Position numbers and translations under genes: made by a program
Source of the DNA: an uncultured Desulfatitalea sp.
Lineage (GTDB): Bacteria; Desulfobacterota; Desulfobacteria; Desulfobacterales; Desulfosarcinaceae
Length of the DNA stretch: 64,000 nt
Direction: 5' to 3'
NCBI GenBank assembly: GCA_963668675.2
Contig: CAXXMB010000002.1
Coordinates: forward strand, 1,728,001-1,792,000
Notes under the pieces: model-generated
What the model was told of the DNA's origin: nothing
Databases searched by the model: none
What the model saw: only the letters and a program-made list of their open reading frames with translations
Shown here: positions 1 through 10,117 of the stretch, piece by piece
Layout of the letters: each line of letters begins with the position of its first letter
Position numbering within the stretch: the stretch's first letter is position 1

Positions 1-77
1 CATAATGTTCAATGTCAGGCCCATATTCAAATTATTCTCTTACTCAACTTTCGTATTTCGTTAAAACTACACTCGGA

Positions 78-257
78 GGCACGTCCAGTGGGTAGCCTGC
101 AACTGCTCAGCATTGCATGTTAGTGCCGTTTAGGTGCAGTGGAGGATCAGCGGCCCGGACTGTTTGAGCGCCAGCGAGTTTCCGGGTTGCCCGTAGCTGC
201 GCCTTAACGGCACTTGCATGCGTTTGCGTCAGATGCAGGCCCCCCACTGGACGTGCC
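78..257. repeat. ~180-bp long imperfect palindrome (MITE/REP-like element)
   Basis: Perfect 15-bp terminal inverted repeat GGCACGTCCAGTGGG/CCCACTGGACGTGCC plus three nested inner stems; intergenic, downstream of prmA. Confidence 0.8.
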
Positions 258-283
258 GGATCATATACCCCAATGGTAGGATT

Positions 284-1213
284 CTAAAAGGAATTTTCGA
301 GCCGCCCGGCCAAAGCCACCCAATCGCCACGCTCCTGAACCTCCCCTACCCGGAATCCGCAGGCAGCCATCTTGCGGGCAACACGATCTCGGTATGCCTG
401 AATGATGCCGGAGCAGATCAACCAGCCGCCCGGCTTGAGCAGCGGCGCCAAATGGTCAAGCAGGTCGACGATCACATCTGCCAGGATGTTGGCCACCACT
501 CCGTCAAAGAGGCCGTCGACCGTTTCGGTGAGATTCCCGCAGCTCAGGTTGAACTGCTCCTCGGGGATACCGTTAAGACGCAGATTGGCTTCGGCCACCT
601 CGACAGCCACCGGGTCCAGATCCACCCCGGTAAGCTGAGTGGCGCCCAGCTTGGCGGCCGCAATGAGCAGGATGCCTGATCCGGTACCCACATCGAGAAT
701 CGCATGCCCGGAACGGACCTTTTTCTCGAGCAGTTCGATGCACAAGGCGGTGGTCGGGTGGGTGCCGGTGCCGAAGGCCATGCCGGGATCGATCTCAATC
801 ACCTGTTGACCCGGCTCCGGGGTGTGGTCGCGCCAGGTGGGCTTGACCACCATGGTGGAGGTGATCTGCTCAGGGAAGAAGAAATCCTTCCACGACTCGG
901 CCCAATCTTCTTCATCCAGTCTGTGATACTTGATTGTATATTGCAACGGTTGCCTGGCAGCCAGATCGGACAGAGCCCGTTCCAGGTCAAGGCACCGTTT
1001 TTCGAGCCGTTCGTCCGCGGCCATGTAACCGGTGACCGCTGGTTCGGCAGGCAACGGAACGGCATTGTCGCCCCACCCCTCCATCGGTTCAAGATGGGGA
1101 TCTTCCACCACAACGCCGGTAATGTCCAAATCCTGGAAAAGCGACGATATCAGCTCTGCGGAGAGGGCTTCATCCTCGCTACTGAAAGTGATTTTGGCTT
1201 CCACCCACTGCAT
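284..1213 (-). CDS. prmA: Ribosomal protein L11 methyltransferase
   Basis: 309 aa; EEDWAESWK, IDPGMAFGTGTHPTT, LDVGTGSGIL and VANILA motifs. Confidence 0.97.
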   Translation of the reverse strand: MQWVEAKITFSSEDEALSAELISSLFQDLDITGVVVEDPHLEPMEGWGDNAVPLPAEPAVTGYMAADERLEKRCLDLERALSDLAARQPLQYTIKYHRLDEEDWAESWKDFFFPEQITSTMVVKPTWRDHTPEPGQQVIEIDPGMAFGTGTHPTTALCIELLEKKVRSGHAILDVGTGSGILLIAAAKLGATQLTGVDLDPVAVEVAEANLRLNGIPEEQFNLSCGNLTETVDGLFDGVVANILADVIVDLLDHLAPLLKPGGWLICSGIIQAYRDRVARKMAACGFRVGEVQERGDWVALAGRLENSF

Positions 1214-1255
1214 GACCGAACTCCTTCTTGCCGCGATCCGCCTTAGGGACGCCGG

Positions 1256-2611
1256 TTAGAAGACCCTCATCAAAAGAAAAGCGATATAAAAATAGATGGC
1301 GATCCCGAGGGCATCGATAATGGTGGCAATAAAGGGTCCTGCCGTAAGGGCCGGATCGAGTTTGATCTTCTTTAAAATCAATGGCATCAACGCACCGATC
1401 AAGTTGGCTGTCAGCAGCGTGGCCAGCAGGGCCGTGGAGACGATGAAGCCCAGCGTCATGTTGTAATCCTGTAGGAAGACCCGGAAGTAGGCCATTATTC
1501 CCAGGCTCCCGCCCAGGAGCAAGCCCATCACCAGTTCACGCCGGAAAACGCGTCCGAAATCACCGGGAGATATCTCTCCCAGGGCCATGCTGCGCACGAT
1601 CATGGTAGCCGATTGGGTACCGGCGTTACCACAGGTCCCCATCACCATGGGGATAAAAAAGGCCAGGGCCATCATCTGGCTCAATACGGCTTGGTTCATC
1701 TCCATGATGGATGTGGAGAGCAGGGAGGTGAACAGCAAAATCGCCAGCCAGATGAAGCGGCTCCAGAAGAGCCTTGGCAGCGGTCGTTTAAAATACTGCT
1801 CGTCAAAGGGCAGCACGGCAGAAATCATCTGGAAATCCTCGGTGCTTTCAGCCTCGATGATGTCGATGACATCGTCGACGGTGATGATGCCGAGCAGCCG
1901 GTTCTCCTTGTCCACCACCGGCACCGCCAGGATGTCATACTTGGAGATGATGGCCGCCACCTCTTCGATATCCATGTCGTGGGGCACGCTGATGACATTG
2001 GTCTCCATGATCGTGTCCAGCGTGACCCGGGGTTTAGACATGATCAAGTCCCGCAGGGAGATGATACCGATCAGATGGCGCTCTTCGTCGGTGATATAGA
2101 CGTAGTAGATGGTCTCCTTGTTGGGTGCCTGCAGCCGCAGCCTTTCCAATGCCGTTCCCACCGAAAGGAACTTGGGCAGCATGGCGTACTCGGTGGTCAT
2201 CACCGCACCGGCCTGACCCTCCTCATAATGCCACAGCTTGCGGATGGCGTTACGCTCGGCCTGGGCGATGAGCGGCATGATCGATTCCCGCACGTCGTCA
2301 TCGACCGCCTTGAGCAGATCCACCCGGTCGTCCGGCTCCATGTTCTCCACGAAACGCAGCATGATTTGGGCATTGCCCTCTTCGAGGCAATCCTCCTGCA
2401 TTTCGATGGGGAGCTTGGCAAAGGCCTCGATCGCCTTGTGGTTGCCCACTTCGGAGAGAATCTCTACAATTTTAGAGGGGTCCTCTTCGTTTTCGAGCAG
2501 CACTTCGGCAATATCCGAAGGGTGCTCGTTGCGAAGGGCGTCGATCGCCGCTTGACGCGCCGGTGCGTCGTCAGCAATCCAGATTTGGCTGAAATTGAGC
2601 GCTTGGGACAT
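1256..2611 (-). CDS. mgtE: Magnesium transporter MgtE
   Basis: N-terminal domain, tandem CBS domains (AGAVMTTEY, GIITVDD), TM region with GNAGTQ and DPALTAGPFIATIID. Confidence 0.96.
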   Translation of the reverse strand: MSQALNFSQIWIADDAPARQAAIDALRNEHPSDIAEVLLENEEDPSKIVEILSEVGNHKAIEAFAKLPIEMQEDCLEEGNAQIMLRFVENMEPDDRVDLLKAVDDDVRESIMPLIAQAERNAIRKLWHYEEGQAGAVMTTEYAMLPKFLSVGTALERLRLQAPNKETIYYVYITDEERHLIGIISLRDLIMSKPRVTLDTIMETNVISVPHDMDIEEVAAIISKYDILAVPVVDKENRLLGIITVDDVIDIIEAESTEDFQMISAVLPFDEQYFKRPLPRLFWSRFIWLAILLFTSLLSTSIMEMNQAVLSQMMALAFFIPMVMGTCGNAGTQSATMIVRSMALGEISPGDFGRVFRRELVMGLLLGGSLGIMAYFRVFLQDYNMTLGFIVSTALLATLLTANLIGALMPLILKKIKLDPALTAGPFIATIIDALGIAIYFYIAFLLMRVF

Positions 2612-2620
2612 GGTGCGCCT

Positions 2621-2665
2621 CCTGAACGTTCTTGCCGGGCCGATGGCCCAGCGAAAACGATCAGG
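2621..2665 (-). promoter_or_regulatory. SD-occluding hairpin in mgtE 5' leader
   Basis: CCTGATCGTTTTCGCTGGGCC-ATC-GGCCCGGCAAGAACGTTCAGG stem whose 3' arm overlaps AGGAGG. Confidence 0.55.
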
Positions 2666-2673
2666 TCAGCGCC

Positions 2674-2802
2674 TTAAGCGGAGCGCACGGGTGTGCTCGG
2701 AGAAAGGGCGGTCCTGTTCGTGGGCCGAACGGCTGCAAAACGAAACGTGTTGTTCTGACTAGGGGGTTGCGAATCGCAACTACCAGAGTCCTTTTCGTCC
2801 AT
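2674..2802 (-). CDS. Putative 42-aa leader peptide upstream of mgtE (MDEKDSGSCDSQPPSQNNTFRFAAVRPTNRTALSPSTPVRSA)
   Basis: GAGG SD before ATG, 5 Pro codons, stop just before a hairpin overlapping the mgtE SD; absent from the ORF track. Confidence 0.4.
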   Translation of the reverse strand: MDEKDSGSCDSQPPSQNNTFRFAAVRPTNRTALSPSTPVRSA

Positions 2803-3095
2803 TTCGGGTCCTCATCAGATAAACAAAAACAATGTGTCGGCCCCATGCCGTCACATTGCCCTTACTTGATATCGATCTATTATGCGCCACGGACGCTAAT
2901 GCAAAGACCGCTAAAAATCAACCCCAATGTTGCCGAAAGCTGTGTGTTGTAAAGCAAAAACAGGTCATCGGCGGCTTTAGCAACGATATTTATCCTATGG
3001 GCGTACAAGGTGAAGGTCATACTGGACAAGGTCGACTCCACACCTTCGCTTTACATTCACCCCCCATCGACTTAAGGCGTATGTGTTGCCGATCC

Positions 3096-3120
3096 GGGCG
3101 GGCGTAAAGCCCGCCCCTAC
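3096..3120 (-). repeat. GTAG-type REP element
   Basis: Minus strand GTAGGGGCGGGCTTTACGCCCGCCC: GTAG followed by a GC-rich hairpin. Confidence 0.6.
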
Positions 3121-3218
3121 AAAGGCTGATGATGATAGCACGATGTGATGGATCCAAACACCGTTCGCTTAGGCGATTGAGATTGACGTTACACTTAAAA
3201 CGTCCGGCAAACCCGGGA

Positions 3219-3614
3219 TCAGGGCTTGTAATCTTCCTGCTTGATCTTGAGGCCTTTGAACATGAAGTCCCGCGACTCCTTGTCCAGTTTGCTCTTGGCG
3301 ATATCCATCGTCTTGTATGCCACACGCGCACTGGTGGTGAAATTCATGTCCCTGAGTTTGTACTTTTGGGTGATATGTTTTTGAAAAGCGGATTCATACT
3401 TCATCTGGGCTTTGGTTTCGGTGACGTACTCCTCGTCATTGTAGCTTTTACCACCAACTTTGTTTTCGAAAACCGGGGTGTGGTAGACCACTTTATCCCT
3501 ATAAGAGTAAGAGATGATGTAGCCGTAGGCCGTCTCGTCGGCCCAACACAGCGGCGCCCCAATGGCGATTCCCAGAATTAAGATGAGCAGTATCTTCAGG
3601 CTCTTCGTCATCAT
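3219..3614 (-). CDS. Hypothetical exported protein
   Basis: GGAGG SD, N-terminal hydrophobic signal peptide (KILLILILGIAIGAPLCWA). Confidence 0.75.
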   Translation of the reverse strand: MMTKSLKILLILILGIAIGAPLCWADETAYGYIISYSYRDKVVYHTPVFENKVGGKSYNDEEYVTETKAQMKYESAFQKHITQKYKLRDMNFTTSARVAYKTMDIAKSKLDKESRDFMFKGLKIKQEDYKP

Positions 3615-3917
3615 GCGTGCACCTCCAATTTCAGTTGGATTCGATTGCCGCGTACAGATGGACACCTGTATCCCCCCCTGCTGTGCGCCATCGATTCAGC
3701 ATCAAGCCCCATTAGGTCGCGTCGGTTCCAATAGCGAGCAGCCATACAGCGCAAGTATTCCCGCAGCAACCCTTATGTCTTTGAAATCAAAACCCCACAT
3801 CACCGATTGCCGCAGATACTGCACCTGCATAGGATACGGCATCCCGAGCAAACCGGTCAAGTGTAAATAAATGCGACACTGTTCCTACGATTAGGACGCC
3901 TGCCGGATTCGAATTGT

Positions 3918-5213
3918 CTACAAAAAAGTTTCCTTGGGTGGATTAAAATAGCCGTGCCGCAATCCAGGCCATGCCCGGCGAACTCGATCCAGCGCGGAGG
4001 ACACACCTAAAATTGTTGAATGTCGGTTACTTGAATCCATAACACTCAAATAACGCATCGGATCGAAATTCAAGTTGCGCCACTGGATCATCCGGATCGG
4101 ATGCGCTTCGATAAAGGCCAGTAAGGCATCGCACTCCTCCGCTGTATCGGTAAATCCTGGGCAATTCAAATAGTTGATGGCCACATGGGCCTCCTTTTTC
4201 AAAGCCGTGTCGATGGAGGCGGTCACATCCCCGAACCCATACCCCCTGGGGCGGAAATAGGCCTCGTAGCAGGGCTTGCGCACGCTGTTCATGCTGATGC
4301 GCAGGCTGTCCAGGCCGGCATCGAGCAGACGTTCGATCTTATCCGGCAGGCTGCCGTTGGTATTCATATTGATGGTCCCCCTGTCGGTTTCAGCCCGGAT
4401 AATACGGATCGCGTCGCAGATGACATCTGCCGCCATCAATGGGTCGCCTTCGCACCCTTGGCCAAAACTGACCACCGAGCGTTCGACACGCCGGATGTGC
4501 ATCAGGGCGACACCAGCGATCTCCTCGGCGGAGGGCGTGAAGGCGATGCGATCCTGACTATTGGGCAGCTCCCCATCAGGTTGCAACGAAATACACCCCA
4601 GGCAGCGGGCATTGCAGGCGGACGAACTGGGCAAGGGCGCCTCATAGCGCCCCAGGAAAAAATTCTTTCCGGCCGGACAGCCATATGTAAGGGCGCACTT
4701 TTCAAGATGGGCGCGCAGCCGGTTGCCGGGCAACTCCCGCCGCATGCGATGCACACCGGCCTGTATCCTGTCCAGGGGCATCTGCCGCAGGTCCTGGCGA
4801 GGTTCATCATCCACCCGCAGCGCCGCCGAACGAAATTTACCCCGATGCCAGCCCACCGCGCCGTATGAAAAGAGGGGCAGAAATCCGGCTTGGGGGCGCT
4901 CCTCATAGGCAGCCGTGTGGGTGATCATGTAGCCGGGCGAATTGAATGCCGCCACTGGAAAAATGGCCTCTCCGGGCCGATAGGGGTTCTCCGGCAAGGC
5001 GGTCACGCCCTCTCGACGAAGATCGTAAAGCAGGGGCACCCGGTCGGGTAAATACATCAACTCGCTGCCGTGGGGCAGATTGAGCGTGCGGGCCACCTCC
5101 AGCGGCGTTTTGACGGGACCGTCCGCACCGACGGCAGCATAACCGGCCAGATCGAATATCTCCCCATCACCATTGGCTACCACTGCCGTGATGTATGCCT
5201 GCCTTTTCTTCAT
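3918..5213 (-). CDS. Radical SAM protein, function unknown
   Basis: CxxxCxxC motif CNARCLGC; SFGQGCEGDPL; GGAGG SD before ATG at 5213. Confidence 0.9.
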   Translation of the reverse strand: MKKRQAYITAVVANGDGEIFDLAGYAAVGADGPVKTPLEVARTLNLPHGSELMYLPDRVPLLYDLRREGVTALPENPYRPGEAIFPVAAFNSPGYMITHTAAYEERPQAGFLPLFSYGAVGWHRGKFRSAALRVDDEPRQDLRQMPLDRIQAGVHRMRRELPGNRLRAHLEKCALTYGCPAGKNFFLGRYEAPLPSSSACNARCLGCISLQPDGELPNSQDRIAFTPSAEEIAGVALMHIRRVERSVVSFGQGCEGDPLMAADVICDAIRIIRAETDRGTINMNTNGSLPDKIERLLDAGLDSLRISMNSVRKPCYEAYFRPRGYGFGDVTASIDTALKKEAHVAINYLNCPGFTDTAEECDALLAFIEAHPIRMIQWRNLNFDPMRYLSVMDSSNRHSTILGVSSALDRVRRAWPGLRHGYFNPPKETFL

Positions 5214-5496
5214 CGTGCCAGAAAGCTCCTCCCGAAAACGGCTTGTAACGAGAAATGTTTTTCTTTGATTGTAGCACCCATTTGTGTTTAGGTTTCGTGC
5301 AAACAAAATCGCTTTATAACACTCTCAGTCAATGCAATGAAGCCACAATCGACATATAAGGAAATTCGTTTGGAAACATATGGCTTTTTAATCTCTATGC
5401 CGGGTCGAACGAAGGCGTATCGAAAGGGTGTTGCCCTTTTGGCATTTGGTAGTACCGCTTTCAACCTGAAGCGCTTAAAAATGGATTGAACCCGGC

Positions 5497-5706
5497 ATGA
5501 AAAACAGACAAAAAACGAAATTCAAGCAGGAAGCCGCACATCAACTCATTGGTTGGATCCTTTTTATTTTATGTGCCATTTTTTTTCTTGCTTCCGGTAT
5601 CACCCACGGAGACATCTTAACAACGGTGGGCAGCGTGATTTTTTTGATTGCCTGCTTCGTTTTTCTTATACCGTTGATCAGGTCGAACAGAGGCCGCGGT
5701 CAATGA
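5497..5706 (+). CDS. Small two-TM membrane protein
   Basis: 69 aa with two hydrophobic helices. Confidence 0.7.
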   Translation: MKNRQKTKFKQEAAHQLIGWILFILCAIFFLASGITHGDILTTVGSVIFLIACFVFLIPLIRSNRGRGQ

Positions 5707-5832
5707 CGCAACGCCTTAAGCCCGTTAACGAACAGATCATGAGGACACGTTCGAGATGAACGGTCAAAATGGCCTGGAGAGACAACCTGTTTTCACTTTA
5801 AGCGACCGGCAAAGCCGGACAAGGAGATCGTT

Positions 5833-6249
5833 ATGGCAAAAGAGACAGATTCGGAACTGAAGGCATTTGTTGACGAGTGGACAGACACGGCTGAAAAGAA
5901 CAAGGAGGTGTTTTTGCGTCTCAAAGAATATCTCTCTAAAAAAGATAGCGTCACCCTCGAATTCATACCCCGCCCGGGCCTCACATATTCTCTCAGAGGG
6001 GTGCATGCCAATCAGAAGAAAAAAGATCTTTTCGTCATGGTTGATGTGATCGAAGATTCCCCCCGATGGCTTTCCGTTTGCTTTTATGGCGAAATGATAA
6101 CGGATCCGGAAGAGCGGGGCGACTTCGTTCCTGAAGGCCTGCTCGGAGAAGATGCGGTCTGCTTCGACATCGAAGAGAAGGATGAAGACCTCATACAATA
6201 CGTCGAAGCCCGTATAGGTGAGGCGTGCCAAACTGCTTCGAAAGAGTAG
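5833..6249 (+). CDS. Hypothetical protein
   Basis: AAGGAG SD; 138 aa acidic protein with RWLSVCFY and PEGLLGEDAVCFD segments. Confidence 0.8.
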   Translation: MAKETDSELKAFVDEWTDTAEKNKEVFLRLKEYLSKKDSVTLEFIPRPGLTYSLRGVHANQKKKDLFVMVDVIEDSPRWLSVCFYGEMITDPEERGDFVPEGLLGEDAVCFDIEEKDEDLIQYVEARIGEACQTASKE

Positions 6250-6296
6250 GCGCTCTTCATATTAGCAAACATATAACCGATTGAGAAGCGTATCAT

Positions 6297-7199
6297 ATGA
6301 CGAACTTTGTGCCATCTGCCTTCGTTGGAGGGTTGACACTGTTGCTCTTCGGTCTGAATACCGTATGGTGGTGTTCGGTCTTATACCTGTTTGTCCTGAT
6401 AAAACTTATCGTCCCCTTTAAGGGATTCAGGCATCGGATCTCGCTCGTATTGATCTTCATCGCGAATGTATGGATCGAGTGCAACAGCTTTATTTTCCAG
6501 ATCACCCATAAGGTGAAATGGGATGTGCAGGGCGTAGAGAATCTCTCGCCTGAAAATTCCTACCTGGTGGTGAGCAATCATCGTTCGTGGGCAGACATTT
6601 TCGTCCTTCAACACATCTTCAAGCGTCATATTCCCTTCCTTAAATTCTTTCTCAAGCAGGAGCTCATTTGGGTCCCCCTCCTGGGCATCGCGTGGTGGGC
6701 ATTGGATTTTCCGTTTTTAAAACGCTATTCACGCCAATTTCTGCAGAAGCATCCCGAATTGCGCGGCAAGGATATGGCCGCTACCCGGAAATCGTGTGAA
6801 AAATTTAAAAACCATCCGGTTTCCGTGATGAATTTTCTCGAAGGGACCCGATTCACCTTCGAAAAGCATAAGAGGCAAAACTCACCGTTTCAGCATCTTT
6901 TGGTGCCGAAAGCAGGCGGTGTCGCCCTGGTTCTCTCCTGTATGGGAGAGTATCTGGCCAACGTGATAGACGTGACGATTGTCTATCCCGATAACGAACC
7001 GCCAGTGCACTTTTGGGATCTGCTGACTGGAGATATCCCCCGCATAGCGGTGAAGGTGAGAATCTTGACGCTTCCTGAGGATGTCGTTGGCCGCAATTAC
7101 GAAGAAGATAAGGCGTATCGGGAAATGGTGCAGCAGTGGGTCAATCGGCTTTGGAGCGACAAAGATCAAGCGTGTTCAGACCTGATTTCCGAATTATAG
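6297..7199 (+). CDS. Acyltransferase (PlsC/YihG-like)
   Basis: NHRSWAD (HxxxxD), FFLKQELIWVPLLG and FLEGTRF motifs. Confidence 0.92.
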   Translation: MTNFVPSAFVGGLTLLLFGLNTVWWCSVLYLFVLIKLIVPFKGFRHRISLVLIFIANVWIECNSFIFQITHKVKWDVQGVENLSPENSYLVVSNHRSWADIFVLQHIFKRHIPFLKFFLKQELIWVPLLGIAWWALDFPFLKRYSRQFLQKHPELRGKDMAATRKSCEKFKNHPVSVMNFLEGTRFTFEKHKRQNSPFQHLLVPKAGGVALVLSCMGEYLANVIDVTIVYPDNEPPVHFWDLLTGDIPRIAVKVRILTLPEDVVGRNYEEDKAYREMVQQWVNRLWSDKDQACSDLISEL

Positions 7200-7250
7200 G
7201 GGAGGGCACAGGCACAATAGGAAATTCATCGCTCAAGGAAAAGAGGAAAC

Positions 7251-7694
7251 ATGCGGTTTGCACATACCAACATCGCTGCAAAAAACTGGCAAACGCTATC
7301 CGATTTCTATATCAATGTGTTTGATTGCAAAATCAAGCCGCCCCAGCGAAAACTCTCGGGAGCATGGCTGGACCATGCAACAGGACTTCACAATGCCATG
7401 CTGGAAGGTGTGCACTTGCTGCTCCCGGGGCACGGCGATGACGGCCCGACACTGGAAATCTTTTCATATCGCGATATGACAAAGAGTGAGCCGATCATGG
7501 CAAACTGCACCGGATTGACACATCTTGCCTTCGAAGTCACCGATGTCGATCAAACCTTGGAGAGGGCCATCGAATGCGGCGGGCATCTTTTGGGTAAAGT
7601 CACTGAGAAGGAGATCGAAGGGGTCGGCACGCTGAACTTCGTCTACTTCAGGGACCCGGAAGGCAACATTGTTGAGATTCAATCGTGGAAATAA
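7251..7694 (+). CDS. VOC/glyoxalase family protein
   Basis: FAHTNI, THLAFEV and [12 protein letters not shown] motifs. Confidence 0.9.
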   Translation: MRFAHTNIAAKNWQTLSDFYINVFDCKIKPPQRKLSGAWLDHATGLHNAMLEGVHLLLPGHGDDGPTLEIFSYRDMTKSEPIMANCTGLTHLAFEVTDVDQTLERAIECGGHLLGKVTEKEIEGVGTLNFVYFRDPEGNIVEIQSWK

Positions 7695-8050
7695 AAGCAA
7701 TCAATCTTAAGGAAAAGCTATCCGGTTTTTCAGATCACTGGGCACCTAAAATCATCGCCCGGATGAACAACTACCACTTTAAAGTTGTCAAATTGCAGGG
7801 CGAATTTGTATGGCACTGCCATGACGAGACAGATGAGGTTTTCATTGTTCTTGAAGGCGAAATGTCCATCGCCTTCCGGGACAAATCCGTGGCGCTCAAG
7901 GCCGGCGAAATGCTCGTCGTGCCAATGGGCGAAGAGCATAAGCCTTTTGCCGAAAAAGAGTGCAAGGTAATGCTTGTCGAACCTGCCGGCACGATCAATA
8001 CCGGCAGCAGCGGTGGAGAGATGACAGCAGAGAATGACGTATGGATTTAA
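7685..8050 (+). CDS. Cupin domain protein
   Basis: [15 protein letters not shown] and VPMGEEHKP cupin motifs. Confidence 0.9.
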   Translation: MEIKAINLKEKLSGFSDHWAPKIIARMNNYHFKVVKLQGEFVWHCHDETDEVFIVLEGEMSIAFRDKSVALKAGEMLVVPMGEEHKPFAEKECKVMLVEPAGTINTGSSGGEMTAENDVWI

Positions 8051-8466
8051 TTGGGAGTCGGTGAGGCTTTTACTATCCGGAAAATACCGTTGGGTCGACC
8101 GATGAGCGAACCGTCTTCCCGTGTCAGGAATGCATGCTCGATCTGCTTATTGTCCAGGTGCTCGACAACGCGCAACCCTCCCTCCTCCAGGAACGATGCA
8201 ATCTCACCCTCCTCGATAGAGAAGCGAATGGGCTCATTGACGCGGTGCCTGGTCCAAAACCGGTGCAGTGCTTTGACCCCATAGTGGAAATCAATATTCC
8301 GGGCAGTGATCCGAATGCCATAATCAAAAACGATTACACTATCCGGAGATGGCCCGCGGGCAATGAACGCCAGGGTTTTATCCACCGATTTCGGGTCGAG
8401 ATAGTAGCTGACCCCTTCCCAGATAAACAGCGTGTGTTGGTGATGATCAAGACATTCATCCATCAC
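8047..8466 (-). pseudogene. C-terminal part of an LCM-like SAM-dependent methyltransferase
   Basis: TLFIWEGVSYYL...IVFDY motifs are present but the N-terminal SAM-binding half is missing. Confidence 0.6.
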
Positions 8467-9791
8467 TCCAATTTCTTCCCCTTCAACCCAACCCGATAGA
8501 GACGCGCCAGACGCCCGGGATCAACCCCCAGAAGAGATCCGGCGGCGATGATATAGTTGATCAGCGTTGTGCGCCAGATGCCCAGGTGCTGCCAGCGGCG
8601 CCCGGAAGTAATGGCAGCCGACGGCACCAGATCGACGCGGCCAAGGCGCGCCATTTTCTTTGCCAGGAGCAGATCTTCCGCGATGGGCACCTCAGGAAAC
8701 CCGCCCACTTGAAAAAAGAGGCTGCGCCGCATGAAAAAAGCCTGATCGCCATAAGGCATTTTCAACCACCGTGATCGAATCATAGCAGCCCGTTCGATCA
8801 GGCGCATGCCCCCATGGTGCCAATCGGTCTTGAATTGAAAAGCCCCCAGCACCACCCTTCGATCCATGAGAAGCTCGAACACCTGCTCGTCGAAATCGCG
8901 CGGCAAGCGGGTATCCGCATGCAGAAAAAGCAGCACCCGTCCTTTTGCCAGGCGAGCGGCAACATTTTGCTGGACCGCCCGGCCGGAAGGCGCATGGACG
9001 ACCACAGCACCCGCCCGCCGGGCAATCTCCGGCGTGCCGTCCCTGCTGCCCCCGTCCGCCACGATAATCTCAATGCCGACCCGTCGTACCCGCTCAAGGG
9101 TTTCTCCAATCCGACCGGCTTCGTTCAACGTTGGAATGATCACACTCAAGTAGGGCCGGTGCCAATCGCGGGTAGGCTGCCAGGCGCGTAAATCTTCGGG
9201 GGTATCCACATCGATGAGAGGCGGCAGCAGCGCTACCGACAATCCCAAACGCTCGGCCGATGCCATGGTTTGGGAAAGCACCTGTTCAGACCCCCACTCG
9301 ATGCCATCGAAAAGCGCCACCGGCCGGCGACAGCCGATGAGCCAATAGCCGCCATCATTGCTGGGGCCCAAAACGAGGTCGGCATCAGCCAGTGCATCGA
9401 ATGCCCGGGCGATATGCTCGGCATTCATCTCCGGCACATCGGTTCCCACCAGAATCGCCTGCCGCGCTCCCCGGGCCAGAGCTGCCTCCAGAGCGCACTG
9501 CATTCGATCGCCAAGATCCCCCTCCGACTGGGGAGAGAGAGAGACCCTTCTGTTGGCCATCCAAAGATTGACCTGCTCGGCAGTGCCGCCCGAATAGACA
9601 AAATCCACCGGAGCTAAACCTGCCCCTGATAATTTCGACAAGGCCTGCTCAGTCAGCTCCCGTTGCAATTCAGCCGCGCCCAAAGCTCCCAACAGTGGTA
9701 TCAGGCGAGTTTTTGTATGTCCGGGCACCGGGTAGCGGCCAAACAGGATCAATCTGCGTTGGGCAGATAACAAAGGCATGGCGTTGTTCAC
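8463..9791 (-). CDS. Fused DUF2064 (TIGR04282-like) + GT2 (TIGR04283-like) glycosyltransferase
   Basis: N-half RYPVPGHTKTRL, QSEGDLGDRM, LGPSNDGGYWLIG, DVDT; C-half SVIIPTLNE, FLHADT, YGDQAFF, TSGRRW. Confidence 0.88.
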   Translation of the reverse strand: MNNAMPLLSAQRRLILFGRYPVPGHTKTRLIPLLGALGAAELQRELTEQALSKLSGAGLAPVDFVYSGGTAEQVNLWMANRRVSLSPQSEGDLGDRMQCALEAALARGARQAILVGTDVPEMNAEHIARAFDALADADLVLGPSNDGGYWLIGCRRPVALFDGIEWGSEQVLSQTMASAERLGLSVALLPPLIDVDTPEDLRAWQPTRDWHRPYLSVIIPTLNEAGRIGETLERVRRVGIEIIVADGGSRDGTPEIARRAGAVVVHAPSGRAVQQNVAARLAKGRVLLFLHADTRLPRDFDEQVFELLMDRRVVLGAFQFKTDWHHGGMRLIERAAMIRSRWLKMPYGDQAFFMRRSLFFQVGGFPEVPIAEDLLLAKKMARLGRVDLVPSAAITSGRRWQHLGIWRTTLINYIIAAGSLLGVDPGRLARLYRVGLKGKKLE

Positions 9792-10117
9792 CGTATTTTT
9801 TTAAACAATTGCAAGTACTTTTATCACATCCGCAATCAAGAGTCTATCGGTGTAAAACAAGACACAACCCAACGTTCGGGTTTCGTGGAATCCACACACG
9901 AAAGCGGTTCCTATTTTCGAAAAGTCACCCTACCATGCGTATTGAGCTCCCTCCCCACAGCAAATAGTCTTGACCTGCTTCGTTTTTTCCCTTATCACTC
10001 TCTGCGAGAATACAACCAACAAGCCGCCATCGGCTTGATTTAAAATGAGTTATGCCATAGGCCCAGCCACCCAGACTCATGTCGGGCGGCTGTTTCTATT
10101 TTTTGGAGTGAAGGCAT

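Noticed and set aside
1..24. Possible start of a minus-strand gene (MGLTLNIM)
   Set aside because: Only 8 codons are visible, so no function can be supported
1613..2677. Long antisense or alternate-frame ORFs (e.g. 1613-2677, 33760-35775, 51398-52306, 56969-58339)
   Set aside because: Shadows of GC-rich real genes with no recognisable motifs
2612..2900. M-box (ykoK) riboswitch upstream of mgtE
   Set aside because: Consensus not recognisable by eye; a leader ORF and hairpin model is reported instead
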